Of a stretch of DNA of 64,000 nucleotides, positions 9,825 to 19,865 are shown piece by piece. Under the pieces are notes generated by a model. The model did no database searches. It was not told the DNA's origin and was given only the letters and a program-made list of their open reading frames with translations. A program made the position numbers and the translations under genes. Within the stretch, counting starts at the first letter, position 1. The number at the start of each line of letters is the position of its first letter. The stretch is from Promethearchaeota archaeon (GTDB taxonomy: Archaea > Asgardarchaeota > Lokiarchaeia > Sigyniarchaeales > SOKP01): contig JBHLLT010000010.1 in assembly GCA_048938855.1 (NCBI GenBank), positions 32,001-96,000 of the forward strand, read 5' to 3'.

Positions 9825-10045
9825 TAAACTCAGAAAAAAATCTCTTTTCTTTTTATAAAACTATTGCTGCCTTTCTTCGATTAATATATTTATGAAAATG
9901 AAAAAAAAAAAGAATTATAATACTTCAGTGATATCAGAATAATATAATTAGTCGTATAATAACAAGTTTTTAGGAGTACATTCTTGAATTTTCTTATCTT
10001 GTGAAAAACAATATGTTTAGAATTAAAATATGGAGCTGATATGTA

Positions 10046-10801
10046 TTGAAAGCGGTAATACTATGTGCTGGTTATGGAAAACGTCTAAAACCGTACACAG
10101 ATACATTTCAAAAATCTATGCTCCCTATTAATAACAAACCTCTTTTAGAATATGTTTTAAATGGTCTAATCTATGCAGGTTTTAAAGATTTCATTTTCGT
10201 TGTAGGTTATAAAAAAGAACAAATTTTGAATTATTTTAAAAATGGAGAGAATTGGAATATAAACATACAATACGTTGAACAAAAAAAGCTAAACGGTACC
10301 GGAGGAGCTTTATTAAAATGTCAAAGTGTTATAAATAATTCACACTTTTTCTTGACTTGGGGAGATATATTAGTACCTTATTCTGTGTATAAAGAAATAT
10401 TAGAAAAATTCAATCAAGAACATTATAATTTTATTTTAATATCTAACTATACAGATGATCCGTTTAAAGGAGCAGCTGTTTATATTAAACATGATTACTG
10501 CATAGATATTATTGAAAAGCCATCCCAAAGTGAATCTAAGTCAAAATTTAATAATACTGGAATTTTTATATTATCAAAAGAGATTTTTGAAATATTAAGT
10601 ACTCTCAAACCATCTAAACGTGGTGAAATTGAATTTACTGATGCATTAAGGATTGGAATTAAATCAAGAAAGTGGAAAGTCCGAGTCCTAAAAATGAAAA
10701 AAAATCAATTTCGAGGAGATTTTGGAGATAGAGACACTTATGAGAATTTAAAAGAAGAATCAACTTGGTTGAAAGAAATAATTAATGACAAAAAAGATTG
10801 A
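10046..10801 (+). CDS. Sugar-phosphate nucleotidyltransferase
   Basis: AVILCAGYGKRLKP, EQ..LNGTGGA, EKP, RGEIE; TTG start. Confidence 0.92.
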   Translation: MKAVILCAGYGKRLKPYTDTFQKSMLPINNKPLLEYVLNGLIYAGFKDFIFVVGYKKEQILNYFKNGENWNINIQYVEQKKLNGTGGALLKCQSVINNSHFFLTWGDILVPYSVYKEILEKFNQEHYNFILISNYTDDPFKGAAVYIKHDYCIDIIEKPSQSESKSKFNNTGIFILSKEIFEILSTLKPSKRGEIEFTDALRIGIKSRKWKVRVLKMKKNQFRGDFGDRDTYENLKEESTWLKEIINDKKD

Positions 10802-10941
10802 GAAATTTCAAACTTCTGTTCGAAATCTATGCTATCCAAAGCTCAAAAAAATACACCTTTTTATATTGGATCTTAGAAGTAATAATGAAAAAAGAAATCT
10901 ATTCTGATTAGAATTAAAGAAAATATAAAGGGATTCCAAGA

Positions 10942-11457
10942 GTGAACCAAATTCTTGAGCGAAAACGAGTTATTATTTTCATTGATCATGCTAACTTATT
11001 CCATAATATCGAAAAATTAAACATTCGGATTAACTATTTGAAGTTGAGAGATATTTTTAAAGGGAATCATCATTTAGTCGGTCTCTTTATGTATATGGGA
11101 ATCCCAGATAAGATTTTACCTAAAAAACTTAATTTTTTGAAATATTTGCAAGCGCAAGGATTTGTTATTCAACCAAAACCGGTTATAATTTCCCCGAATG
11201 GTGTTAAAAAACAGAAAGGAGTTGATATCTTTATTTATAAAGATATTGTAGAATTAGCCGAAGATGATACATATGACAAAGCAATTTTAGTCAGTGGAGA
11301 CTCAGATTTTTTAGATATAGTCCGAAAATTAAAAGAACTAAAAAAGGAAATTGAAATTTGGAGTTTTAAGAAATCAATCTCTCGATTATTAATAGAAGAA
11401 GCTGGTAAAAAAAATGTGTACTTTATTGATGATATCATAGACAAAATAAAATATTAA
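10942..11457 (+). CDS. NYN (LabA/DUF88, PIN-like) domain protein
   Basis: FIDHAN, QKGVD, LVSGDSDF motifs. Confidence 0.9.
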   Translation: MNQILERKRVIIFIDHANLFHNIEKLNIRINYLKLRDIFKGNHHLVGLFMYMGIPDKILPKKLNFLKYLQAQGFVIQPKPVIISPNGVKKQKGVDIFIYKDIVELAEDDTYDKAILVSGDSDFLDIVRKLKELKKEIEIWSFKKSISRLLIEEAGKKNVYFIDDIIDKIKY

Positions 11458-11514
11458 GAAAAAAAGGTAGTAGTTTAAAAAGAATGCTAAAGAATAAAAG
11501 TTGTTTTTCTAAAC

Positions 11515-11627
11515 AAACTTCTCCTTTATGAGAGAATGTGAGAAGAATTTCTAATTAAATCATTCGCTAATCTCTTTTCCCTTCGAAAAAAATCTTCTCA
11601 AAAGTTCTCTCTTTTTAGAGGAAGTTT
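11515..11627. repeat. Long imperfect inverted repeat (possible stem-loop)
   Basis: Nested arms AAACTTC/GAAGTTT, GAGAGAAT/GTTCTCTC and TGAGAAGA/TCTTCTCA. Confidence 0.55.
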
Positions 11628-11737
11628 TTATTTTTCTCTCTTCAAAAATTGGACTATTTAAAAAATAATAACAAAGAATTTTTATTTCTAAATATAATAA
11701 ATTCTATTATCAAAATTTTAAAATTAATGGAAAAAAA

Positions 11738-12307
11738 ATGAGTGAAAACGATAAATATAGGCACCGCTATTATTATAAGGAGTCATATGAAGCGGCTATC
11801 GGAACGTTAGCTACAGGATGTGTTTTTCTTTTTGTTGCAATTGTATCACTTGTTCTTAGAGCTATCCCTATAGACTTTATTGGACTTTCTGCATGGGGAT
11901 ATTGGCTTTTTATACCCGCATTTTTCATTTTTATAGGAGGATTTAACCAGCTTTACAGGAATGCAAAATATAAAAGAATTGTGAAGAATGCTCTTATCCA
12001 AAGAAATTTTCAAGGCACATACAAGCTAGAACATATTGCATTGGAAATTGGCATGAAACCAAGTATCCTACTACGTGTACTATTAGATCTAAGAAATCAG
12101 GGAGTAGTGAAATATAGTTTTGATCCTGAAACAGGACAAATTATCTTAGGCCAGCCAATCACATATACCCAAGCATCTGAATATGTTCCACCTCCTAAAA
12201 AAATTGAGGAGCCTTTAGAAACTGAAGGAAAAAATTATTGTGTTTATTGTGGTCATAAATTAGAGTCAACTGGAAATTTTTGTCCAAATTGTGGGTCTAA
12301 ACTGTAA
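11738..12307 (+). CDS. Membrane protein: 2 TM + PCI/winged-helix-like domain + C-terminal zinc ribbon
   Basis: Two hydrophobic segments, LEHIALEIGM...LLDL...G...SFD, CxxC...CxxC. Confidence 0.75.
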   Translation: MSENDKYRHRYYYKESYEAAIGTLATGCVFLFVAIVSLVLRAIPIDFIGLSAWGYWLFIPAFFIFIGGFNQLYRNAKYKRIVKNALIQRNFQGTYKLEHIALEIGMKPSILLRVLLDLRNQGVVKYSFDPETGQIILGQPITYTQASEYVPPPKKIEEPLETEGKNYCVYCGHKLESTGNFCPNCGSKL

Positions 12308-12506
12308 TTATTTGTTTAGGTTAACTATAATTTTCTTTTTTTTTTTAAATTACTCCTTGTTAAAAATAAAATCGGCATTAATCTTGTTATTTATTCTCTC
12401 TCTCTAGCAAATATATTTGGAAATATTTATCAATTCAAAAGCAGATAATCTCAATGAAAGTTATCATCACATTAAAAAAGAAATAAAAATAAAATTATAT
12501 TTAAAT

Positions 12507-13931
12507 TTAGGATACCAGTTTTGCCTTTTTCTCAGAGTGTAGTTTCTTAGCATCTTCAGTTAATTGAGTATATCTTTCTTTATTGATTGGGAAATAACTC
12601 ATTGCTATTATTCCAATAATTAAAAATATTATTGGAAATATAACCATGAGACTTCGAAGACCAAATTCTACCCCATATGTTGCTGTGCTAAGATCGAAGA
12701 TATTCCAATCAGTACCAATGAATACTAGTCCTATTGAGAGAAATACAACTACATTGGAAAATTTTACAATGAAACCGTTTATTCCATAAAAATTACCCTC
12801 TCTTCTTGCTCCCGTTTTTAATTCATCCTCATCAATAATAGCCGCAATTGTAATGTCTCTTACAATTAATACTCCAGCTAACCCTATTCCTAATAAGAAG
12901 AAGAATATAAAACCTAAGAGTACTCCTCTAATAAACATGAGAGGTATAAGTGTTGCTATAAACACTATTAAAGATAATAGATAAGATCCTTTAGCACCAA
13001 GTTTATTTACTAATATACGCCATGGAAATACAAATATAGCAGCCGAAACAAAACCAGTACCAAGTATTAAAGATAATATTAAAGCATCTTGAACACCTAA
13101 ACAAATAGCTCCATAAATTGGCATTAGAGTAGGTATCATATTAAATGCATACCATAATGCAAAATTCCCACAAACATATAGTCTGAACGACTTATATCCA
13201 AAAGTATATTTTAATGATTGTTTAAATGATGGAACTCTTTCATAATCTTTAGAAAACTCAATTCTTTCTTTTAGTCCAAATTTAATAAAAATAAACCCCC
13301 CTATTGCGCAAATCACTGAAATTGCCACTGCAGCGAATATATACTGTAAATGTGTAGTTCCAATAGGTACACCTTCACTGGTGTAATTATCAATGAACAA
13401 TCCAGGCAATAAAAAAGCAATCAATAATGCTATCACTTGAAAAAATTGGATTGAATTATTAGCTTTTGACCTTTGATCCAAATCACGAAACATCTCTGGA
13501 AATAAACTAGTTTGGTTTAATGAATACATTGTATAGAAAAGCTCCCAAATTACAATTATTATTAAGAAGTATATAAAAGATACAATATCAGATCCTCTAG
13601 GTGCAGTAAATAGTAGTATATTTATAACTAATAGGGGAATTATACCCATTATGATGAATGGTTTTCTACGACCCATTTTAAAGTGTGATCTATCAGAAAT
13701 AGCACCGAGCATGGGATCATTAAAAGCATTCCATATTGACCATATTATGAAACCAAGAGATATGAATACTGCTGGCAATTCTATTATAGAATAATAGAAT
13801 GTAAATATCAGGAAAGTAAAAAATTGTAAAATTATTACATCTGTAAAGCCAGCAAAACTATAAAAAACAGCTTTTTTTAAGGTATATTCTTCTTCCACCT
13901 TGTTTTGTTTTTGAGACATAATTTTTTCCAA
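12507..13931 (-). CDS. MFS transporter, glycoside-pentoside-hexuronide (MelB-like) family
   Basis: WNAFNDPMLGAISDR, GRRKPF, DEDELKTGARREG; many TM segments. Confidence 0.92.
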   Translation of the reverse strand: MEKIMSQKQNKVEEEYTLKKAVFYSFAGFTDVIILQFFTFLIFTFYYSIIELPAVFISLGFIIWSIWNAFNDPMLGAISDRSHFKMGRRKPFIIMGIIPLLVINILLFTAPRGSDIVSFIYFLIIIVIWELFYTMYSLNQTSLFPEMFRDLDQRSKANNSIQFFQVIALLIAFLLPGLFIDNYTSEGVPIGTTHLQYIFAAVAISVICAIGGFIFIKFGLKERIEFSKDYERVPSFKQSLKYTFGYKSFRLYVCGNFALWYAFNMIPTLMPIYGAICLGVQDALILSLILGTGFVSAAIFVFPWRILVNKLGAKGSYLLSLIVFIATLIPLMFIRGVLLGFIFFFLLGIGLAGVLIVRDITIAAIIDEDELKTGARREGNFYGINGFIVKFSNVVVFLSIGLVFIGTDWNIFDLSTATYGVEFGLRSLMVIFPIIFLIIGIIAMSYFPINKERYTQLTEDAKKLHSEKKAKLVS

Positions 13932-14153
13932 TCTGTTTATAATTTTTAGAAAGATGAATGCAAATAATTAATATTATTTTGTTCTTATCATTTATAAAAA
14001 TTCAATCTACTGAATATTTTATTATAAATTTTCAATAATATACTGGGCTACAACCAGCTATTCATATTTCCACTAAATTCAGAGAGGCTTTTTTTTTAAA
14101 TACCATATCGGTTTTAAATATATCAAATTGAATTTTCTCTGAGATGAAATATA

Positions 14154-14621
14154 ATTTCTAAAGGCTTTATCAATAAAGATTCCATTGATATATCTATTGA
14201 AAATACTTCTACACAGGCTGATCCTAATAACTTCAACCCTAATGAAATTCAACAATTTGAAAAAAATAAAATATCTAAATTACTCTCAGAGTTATTTAAC
14301 GAAGTAAAGTCCAAAGAGGATTTAAACTACATATCAAATATTTTGGCAAATATTCTTAACGAGAATAATATAAAATGTCAAAGTGAGACTGAGAAAAACA
14401 GATCCCCTTTTAATATAATTAGTATTGATGAATTCAAAAAGACAAAATCTATTATCTCAAGCGCAGAAAACGAATACCTTTCCATTTTGAATGATCTTCA
14501 TGCAATTTTATTAAACTGCTCTGAATTTTCAAATTCCCAAAAACTAGATTTTTGTACAAACCAACGGTATTTTATGAAAAAATATTTGAAAGAAATCTTA
14601 TTTAAGCTGAAATTGGTTTAA
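14154..14621 (+). CDS. Hypothetical protein; frame is open from 14148, probable ATA (14151) or ATT (14154) start rather than TTG at 14343
   Basis: 65 stop-free codons upstream of the tracked TTG, preceded by GAGATGA. Confidence 0.6.
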   Translation: MSKGFINKDSIDISIENTSTQADPNNFNPNEIQQFEKNKISKLLSELFNEVKSKEDLNYISNILANILNENNIKCQSETEKNRSPFNIISIDEFKKTKSIISSAENEYLSILNDLHAILLNCSEFSNSQKLDFCTNQRYFMKKYLKEILFKLKLV

Positions 14622-14671
14622 TTCTTGAGATTCTAATTACAGAAAAAAGGAAAAAGAAAAATTAAAATTTA

Positions 14672-15379
14672 TTAAGTCTTTAAACCTAGATACATCCAGA
14701 TGGCAAATGTAGCCATAAGAACTCTAACCACACCAATAGCGAGAGGGATAATGAGAATTGAGTCTAATGCCCCACATACTACGAAAATTATAAAACCAAT
14801 TGATAGAAATGTAAACTTTTTCCTCAAAGTACCTGTTGCTTGTTTTGCTTTTATTGCCATTCCTATTCCTAAAAAAACTAACGCTGATACTAAAAATACG
14901 GCTACTAAAATAAAGGTTGGATGAGCTCTATTAAAATCTGCATCGATAATACCATTAGGGAACCTAAGTCCTATAAATTCAAATGATTGAAGAGGTTGAG
15001 TCCATAGAAAATATTCAAATATAACCCCTAAGACTACAAATATTCCTACAAGTATCCATTTTCTTTTAGGCATTATTAGTTCACCCCCTAAATACATAGC
15101 AAAAAACAGAGCTGGTGCAACCCAAGTATAACTTAAAAATACATAAATAACTGGTGGAGTGCCTGGGAGATTAGTATCCGTAATCAATTTCAAGAAAAAG
15201 TCAACAGTTGGGCCCAACCATAAAAAACCTACGAAAATCATAACCAAACCTGCTATCGAAAGCAGTTTTGCCTTCAATTTTATCGATTTAAAGAGAGAAA
15301 GGAAGCCGAATATTACTGACGAAGAAACTATAAGTGAAGCAGTTATTCCATCTAATAAGCCTTCAAAACCAATTGCCAT
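14672..15379 (-). CDS. Multi-pass (about 7 TM) hypothetical membrane protein
   Basis: Seven hydrophobic segments. Confidence 0.8.
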   Translation of the reverse strand: MAIGFEGLLDGITASLIVSSSVIFGFLSLFKSIKLKAKLLSIAGLVMIFVGFLWLGPTVDFFLKLITDTNLPGTPPVIYVFLSYTWVAPALFFAMYLGGELIMPKRKWILVGIFVVLGVIFEYFLWTQPLQSFEFIGLRFPNGIIDADFNRAHPTFILVAVFLVSALVFLGIGMAIKAKQATGTLRKKFTFLSIGFIIFVVCGALDSILIIPLAIGVVRVLMATFAIWMYLGLKT

Positions 15380-15517
15380 TCTTATTCACATTTTTATACA
15401 ATTTTAAAATTATATATTTATTTATTTTATTTTTATTTATAATTATATTTTTTTTGATAATAAAAAAATGTAATATTGTTGATTAAAAGATATATTTTTT
15501 CCACAATCTTGACTTTT

Positions 15518-16075
15518 TTATGCAAGTTTCTTATAGAAAAAGGATTTTAATTTCTTTTCACCAATCTCATGCTCTAATCTATATTCAATCTTCAATAAAG
15601 AATCGAATCCTTCTAGTGGATATTTATGCGATATGAAAATCGTTCCAATTTTTGCGGTACTAAATACATGTTTAAGATATTTCTGCATTGAAGGTAACAG
15701 ATAGATGTAAATATAGTCATATTTCTTTAAATTTAGTAAATAAAAATCTCCTAATTTTAATTTAATATTTCTAAATAACCTTTTACTATAGGTTCCTTCT
15801 TTTTTTAACGATCTTATTCTACTATTTGCCTCATTGATTAATTTATGATTAATTTCAATTCCATAAGATTTGATCCGATGATTTAAAGCAGTAAAAATTA
15901 TAACAGAGCCATTTCCTGCTCCTAAATCAATCAACTTTTGTTTTGAGTTATTCACCAGTCCAAATTTATGTTTTAAAGTCCAGATAATTTCATCTATATA
16001 TTTATAATCTGTTTCTAAAAAAGGTAAATCTAATTGCGAATGAAATTTCTCAAAATTCATTTGTTTCTTCTTCAA
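15518..16075 (-). CDS. Class I SAM-dependent methyltransferase (FAM173/DOT1-like protein-lysine MTase type)
   Basis: LPF.T, IDLGAGNG, GIEIN, GDFY, YIYLLP, ISH.YP. Confidence 0.82.
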   Translation of the reverse strand: MKKKQMNFEKFHSQLDLPFLETDYKYIDEIIWTLKHKFGLVNNSKQKLIDLGAGNGSVIIFTALNHRIKSYGIEINHKLINEANSRIRSLKKEGTYSKRLFRNIKLKLGDFYLLNLKKYDYIYIYLLPSMQKYLKHVFSTAKIGTIFISHKYPLEGFDSLLKIEYRLEHEIGEKKLKSFFYKKLA

Positions 16076-16301
16076 TTTACACTCATTGGTTTTTTAGATA
16101 AAATCTTGGGAGATCTAAAATATTATAATTGAAATTGTTTAATAAATAGCTTTTTTATTTATAAAAAAAAGACGTTATATTAATTCCGAGTTTTCCTAAT
16201 ATTAAAAGGTGTAAAAACTAAATAGTTCCAAGGTCTGACTTTAATACAATGTAACCTTTTAATATTTTAAAATTTCTTTTTATTATATTAGCATTCTAGT
16301 C

Positions 16302-17306
16302 ATGGCAAATATATTAATAACTGGGGGTACTGGTTTTATTGGAGTTCCTTTAGTAAAAAATCTCTATAATTTAGGACATAACCTAAAGTTATTAATTAGA
16401 AAGACAAGCAATACAGAGGCCTTTCAAGATTTGAATAACATTGAATATGTTATCGGTGATATTCGAGATCTTGATAGTTTAAGTCAAATCGCAAATAAAA
16501 TTGATATAATTTATCATTTAGCAGCAAACACCCAAATTTGGTCAAAAGATAAATCAATATATGAAGAAATAAATATTAGTGGTTCTGAAAACATCGCTAA
16601 AGTAGCATTAGAAAAAAATATCCTCTTAATTTTTATTAGTTCATTCTTTGCTATTGGTCCGTATAATTGTGGCGAAGAACCTCCTAATTTTGAAACACAT
16701 GAGAGAGACTTAGATTATTTTATGGATTATGAAAAATCTAAATGTGATAGCACCAAATTAATTCAAGACTATAAAGAAAAGGGATTAAAATGCATTATTT
16801 TCTATCCAGGTTTTGTATATGGACCAGGAGATCTTAATTTTTATGGAAAATTAACAATAGACCTTATTTTAGGAAAACTTCTTGGAGTTCCTAAAACTTC
16901 TGTTTCCAACTTTAGTATGGCTTACCTTTATGACATTGTAGAGCCTATGATAAATGTGATTGGTAGAAATGAATTAATAGGGAATGAATATTTTTTAGGT
17001 GGTGAAACAGTCTCAACAATCGATTACTTTGACTCAGTAGCCAAAATTGCTGGAGTGAAAAAGCCAAGAAAATTCCCCTTATCGATTGCTTTGTTGTATG
17101 GAAGATTGTGTGAACTTAGAGCTAAGATTTCAAAAAATAGAACTCCTTATATTACATGCGCCTTGATGAAAATGGCGACATACGATTGGGCATATTCATC
17201 TCAAAAAGCTATTGAAGATCTAGGATATGCAATAACTCCTTTTAAAGAGGGTTTAGAAAAAACAGTTGAATGGTATATGGATTATATAGAGAAAGGAACA
17301 AAATAA
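16302..17306 (+). CDS. NAD-dependent epimerase/dehydratase (extended SDR, HpnA/3-beta-HSD-like)
   Basis: TGGTGFIG, HLAA, YEKSK, VYGPGD. Confidence 0.9.
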   Translation: MANILITGGTGFIGVPLVKNLYNLGHNLKLLIRKTSNTEAFQDLNNIEYVIGDIRDLDSLSQIANKIDIIYHLAANTQIWSKDKSIYEEINISGSENIAKVALEKNILLIFISSFFAIGPYNCGEEPPNFETHERDLDYFMDYEKSKCDSTKLIQDYKEKGLKCIIFYPGFVYGPGDLNFYGKLTIDLILGKLLGVPKTSVSNFSMAYLYDIVEPMINVIGRNELIGNEYFLGGETVSTIDYFDSVAKIAGVKKPRKFPLSIALLYGRLCELRAKISKNRTPYITCALMKMATYDWAYSSQKAIEDLGYAITPFKEGLEKTVEWYMDYIEKGTK

Positions 17307-17321
17307 AGAGTAGGATAAAAA

Positions 17322-17801
17322 TTGTTAGAAGATGAGATGACGAGTCAAATTATAGATAAAAAAGCTTATAAGACAGAATTAGCCAGAAAATATACGCTTT
17401 TTCTTTCAAAATATCCTGAGATTTTTTCTGATTTGATTAATGGGTCAAACTTTGATTTTGCACTTTATAATTCATTTGAAGCATATGATGATGAGTCTCC
17501 GGCTGATATATTTAATGTATATCGAAATGAAAATGGAATTGAAATAAAACCCGGGAGAGCTATCGAGTCAGATTTGGAATTAGCACTTTCTGTAAATGCT
17601 GTTGAAAAATTAATCCAAACAAAAACGAAAGCAGAATATGCACAACTTTTAGGATCTTTTTATAATAATCCAGATGAGCAAAAAGGGTGGATTGACTTTA
17701 CATTACATAAAAGAACGCAAACTATAATTGAGATGGGCTACGGAAGATTTGCTCAAACTGCTGGTATCCTTGAAAATGATGGTAGTATAATAAAACTTTA
17801 A
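17322..17801 (+). CDS. Hypothetical protein, possible SCP2-like fold; paralogue of 19355-19762
   Basis: IKPG...DLELALS..A..KL pattern shared with 19355-19762. Confidence 0.6.
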   Translation: MLEDEMTSQIIDKKAYKTELARKYTLFLSKYPEIFSDLINGSNFDFALYNSFEAYDDESPADIFNVYRNENGIEIKPGRAIESDLELALSVNAVEKLIQTKTKAEYAQLLGSFYNNPDEQKGWIDFTLHKRTQTIIEMGYGRFAQTAGILENDGSIIKL

Positions 17802-17849
17802 AAATCTTTGTTTTGAATTTAAAAAATTAAAAATTTCTTGTTTATAAAA

Positions 17850-19343
17850 ATGTCAAAATCACAAGAGTTAAGTATTAGAAATAAATACACTGGTGAACTT
17901 ATAGGAACTGTTCCTGCAGATACACCGGAAACAGTTCGAAAAAAAATAAAAAAAGTATATAATAAGCAAAACCTCCTAAATAAAATGGATTTTTTTGAAC
18001 GGGCTCAACTTCTTTCGAAATTTGCCAGTAAATTACGTTTTAAGAAAAAAAAATTGAAAGATATGATTGTAGCAGAAGGAGGATTGCCAATAAAGTATTC
18101 TGAATGGGAGCTTAATGTAGTAACTAATGGTTTTAAATTTTGTGATTGGTATTATCAGTTTTTAAAAGAAAAACCTTTAACTAGTATTGAAGGAGAACAA
18201 CTCGTTAGAATAAGATATCTTCCTCATGGTCTAGCAGCATGCATTTCTCCTCGTAATACTCCCATAAGTTTACCACTCTATCAATTAGGAGCAAACTATT
18301 TAGTCGGCAATGGAGCTATTGTTAAGCCATCCACAGCTTGCCCTTTAACTATGATAGAGGCATATTCTATGATGGAAGAAATGGATTTACCTGCCCTTGA
18401 GGCTTTAGATTTGGTGATAGCTCCTGGTGAATGGGCGGTGGATGAATTTATCAAATCTCCTTTAATTAAAACTTTAATGACGATTACAGCTTCTCATACA
18501 GCAAAAGATATATTAGTTCGTTATGGAAGATTTTTGAAGAAAACTGTTGATAAATCAATGGGAGTTCCCATGTACACTCAACCGTTTAAACATTTCTTTT
18601 TTGAATGTGCGGGAAACGATGCAGGGATAGTCATGGATGATGTAAATTTAGAACAGGTGGCTAAATGGAATGCCATGGCTAGTTATACTAATTCAGGACA
18701 ACAATGTTTTTCGATGAAAAGAATTATCGTACATAAAGATATATATGACGATTATATCGAATGTCTTATCAAAGAAATTGAAGGGTTAAAATATGGAGAT
18801 CCCACTGACCCTGATGTAGATATTGGCCCATTGGGAAGCAGGAAAATCTTAATGATGATGGAAGTAATGGTAGCTGACGCTAAAAAATACGGGGCTAAAA
18901 TATACACAGGTGGCGATAAGATAGATACTGGAGAAGAATATGGGCTATTTTATAAACCAACTTTAATAGAAATAAAACCTGAATTATGTGAAGATTTAAC
19001 TAAAGCTCCATTCCTATGGCGAGAAGAAGCCTTTGGTCCTGTTCGTTCCATTACTAAAGCTAATGATATGAAAGATGCCATAAGGTTAGCAAATACTAGC
19101 AATTATGGTATGAGAGCGGTAACATACACTTCAAATCTTAAAAATATAGAGATTTTTAAGAATGAATTAGAAGCCGCAAATATTTACATAAACGCCAGAC
19201 CTATGCTCGTTGATATAACAGTTTCTCTTGGAGGTATTAAAGATTCTGCTTACCCTGCTGGTTGTAAGTATTATCCACAAGAATTAGTATATGGAAAATA
19301 CATTTATGACGGTACCTCAATTAACTTGGAGAAAATAAAATAG
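17850..19343 (+). CDS. Aldehyde dehydrogenase family protein (divergent)
   Basis: SPRN, VKPS, FECAGND, NSGQQC catalytic Cys, EEAFGP, YG. Confidence 0.92.
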   Translation: MSKSQELSIRNKYTGELIGTVPADTPETVRKKIKKVYNKQNLLNKMDFFERAQLLSKFASKLRFKKKKLKDMIVAEGGLPIKYSEWELNVVTNGFKFCDWYYQFLKEKPLTSIEGEQLVRIRYLPHGLAACISPRNTPISLPLYQLGANYLVGNGAIVKPSTACPLTMIEAYSMMEEMDLPALEALDLVIAPGEWAVDEFIKSPLIKTLMTITASHTAKDILVRYGRFLKKTVDKSMGVPMYTQPFKHFFFECAGNDAGIVMDDVNLEQVAKWNAMASYTNSGQQCFSMKRIIVHKDIYDDYIECLIKEIEGLKYGDPTDPDVDIGPLGSRKILMMMEVMVADAKKYGAKIYTGGDKIDTGEEYGLFYKPTLIEIKPELCEDLTKAPFLWREEAFGPVRSITKANDMKDAIRLANTSNYGMRAVTYTSNLKNIEIFKNELEAANIYINARPMLVDITVSLGGIKDSAYPAGCKYYPQELVYGKYIYDGTSINLEKIK

Positions 19344-19354
19344 CTGTACGACTC

Positions 19355-19762
19355 ATGGATTCTAAAGAATTATTTTCTAAATTAAAATCTTATTTTCCTC
19401 ACAACACTGATTTAATGAGACATTTAAGTGTAAATGCATGTTGGGAATACATTATTACAGAAAATTCATTAAACGAAAAAATTCCTAAACTACAATATTA
19501 TTTATACAAAAAAAATGAAGAACAATTAGAGATGGTTAAAAAAAATCCGGGGATTAAACCGGATTTAATTCTATATTTTACTGAGAATGCTATTTTGAAA
19601 CTAATAACAAACAATCCTATAGCTGAGGATTATTATCTTCATTATCACAAAATGATGTATAATCCTCATTCTGAAAAACAAGTGGATAATAAAATCAATA
19701 AACCTAGGTTAAAACTTCTTAAACTAGGCTATCAGAAATGGCAAAAAGACTTTAAATTCTGA
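19355..19762 (+). CDS. Hypothetical protein, possible SCP2-like fold; paralogue of 17322-17801
   Basis: PDLILYFTENAILKLI...YNP...D....LGY pattern. Confidence 0.6.
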   Translation: MDSKELFSKLKSYFPHNTDLMRHLSVNACWEYIITENSLNEKIPKLQYYLYKKNEEQLEMVKKNPGIKPDLILYFTENAILKLITNNPIAEDYYLHYHKMMYNPHSEKQVDNKINKPRLKLLKLGYQKWQKDFKF

Positions 19763-19865
19763 AAAAAACAGATTCAATATACACTTTCACTTTTTTATAA
19801 AGTAATTCTTATATTATTTTGAGACTTAATAATTTCTATTAAAACTAATATAATGAGAATTGAAA

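Noticed and set aside
10799-10880. Possible selenocysteine UGA readthrough after the nucleotidyltransferase (also considered for other TGA-ending genes)
   Set aside because: The domains are already complete, the TGA does not align to a catalytic Cys, and no convincing SECIS was seen
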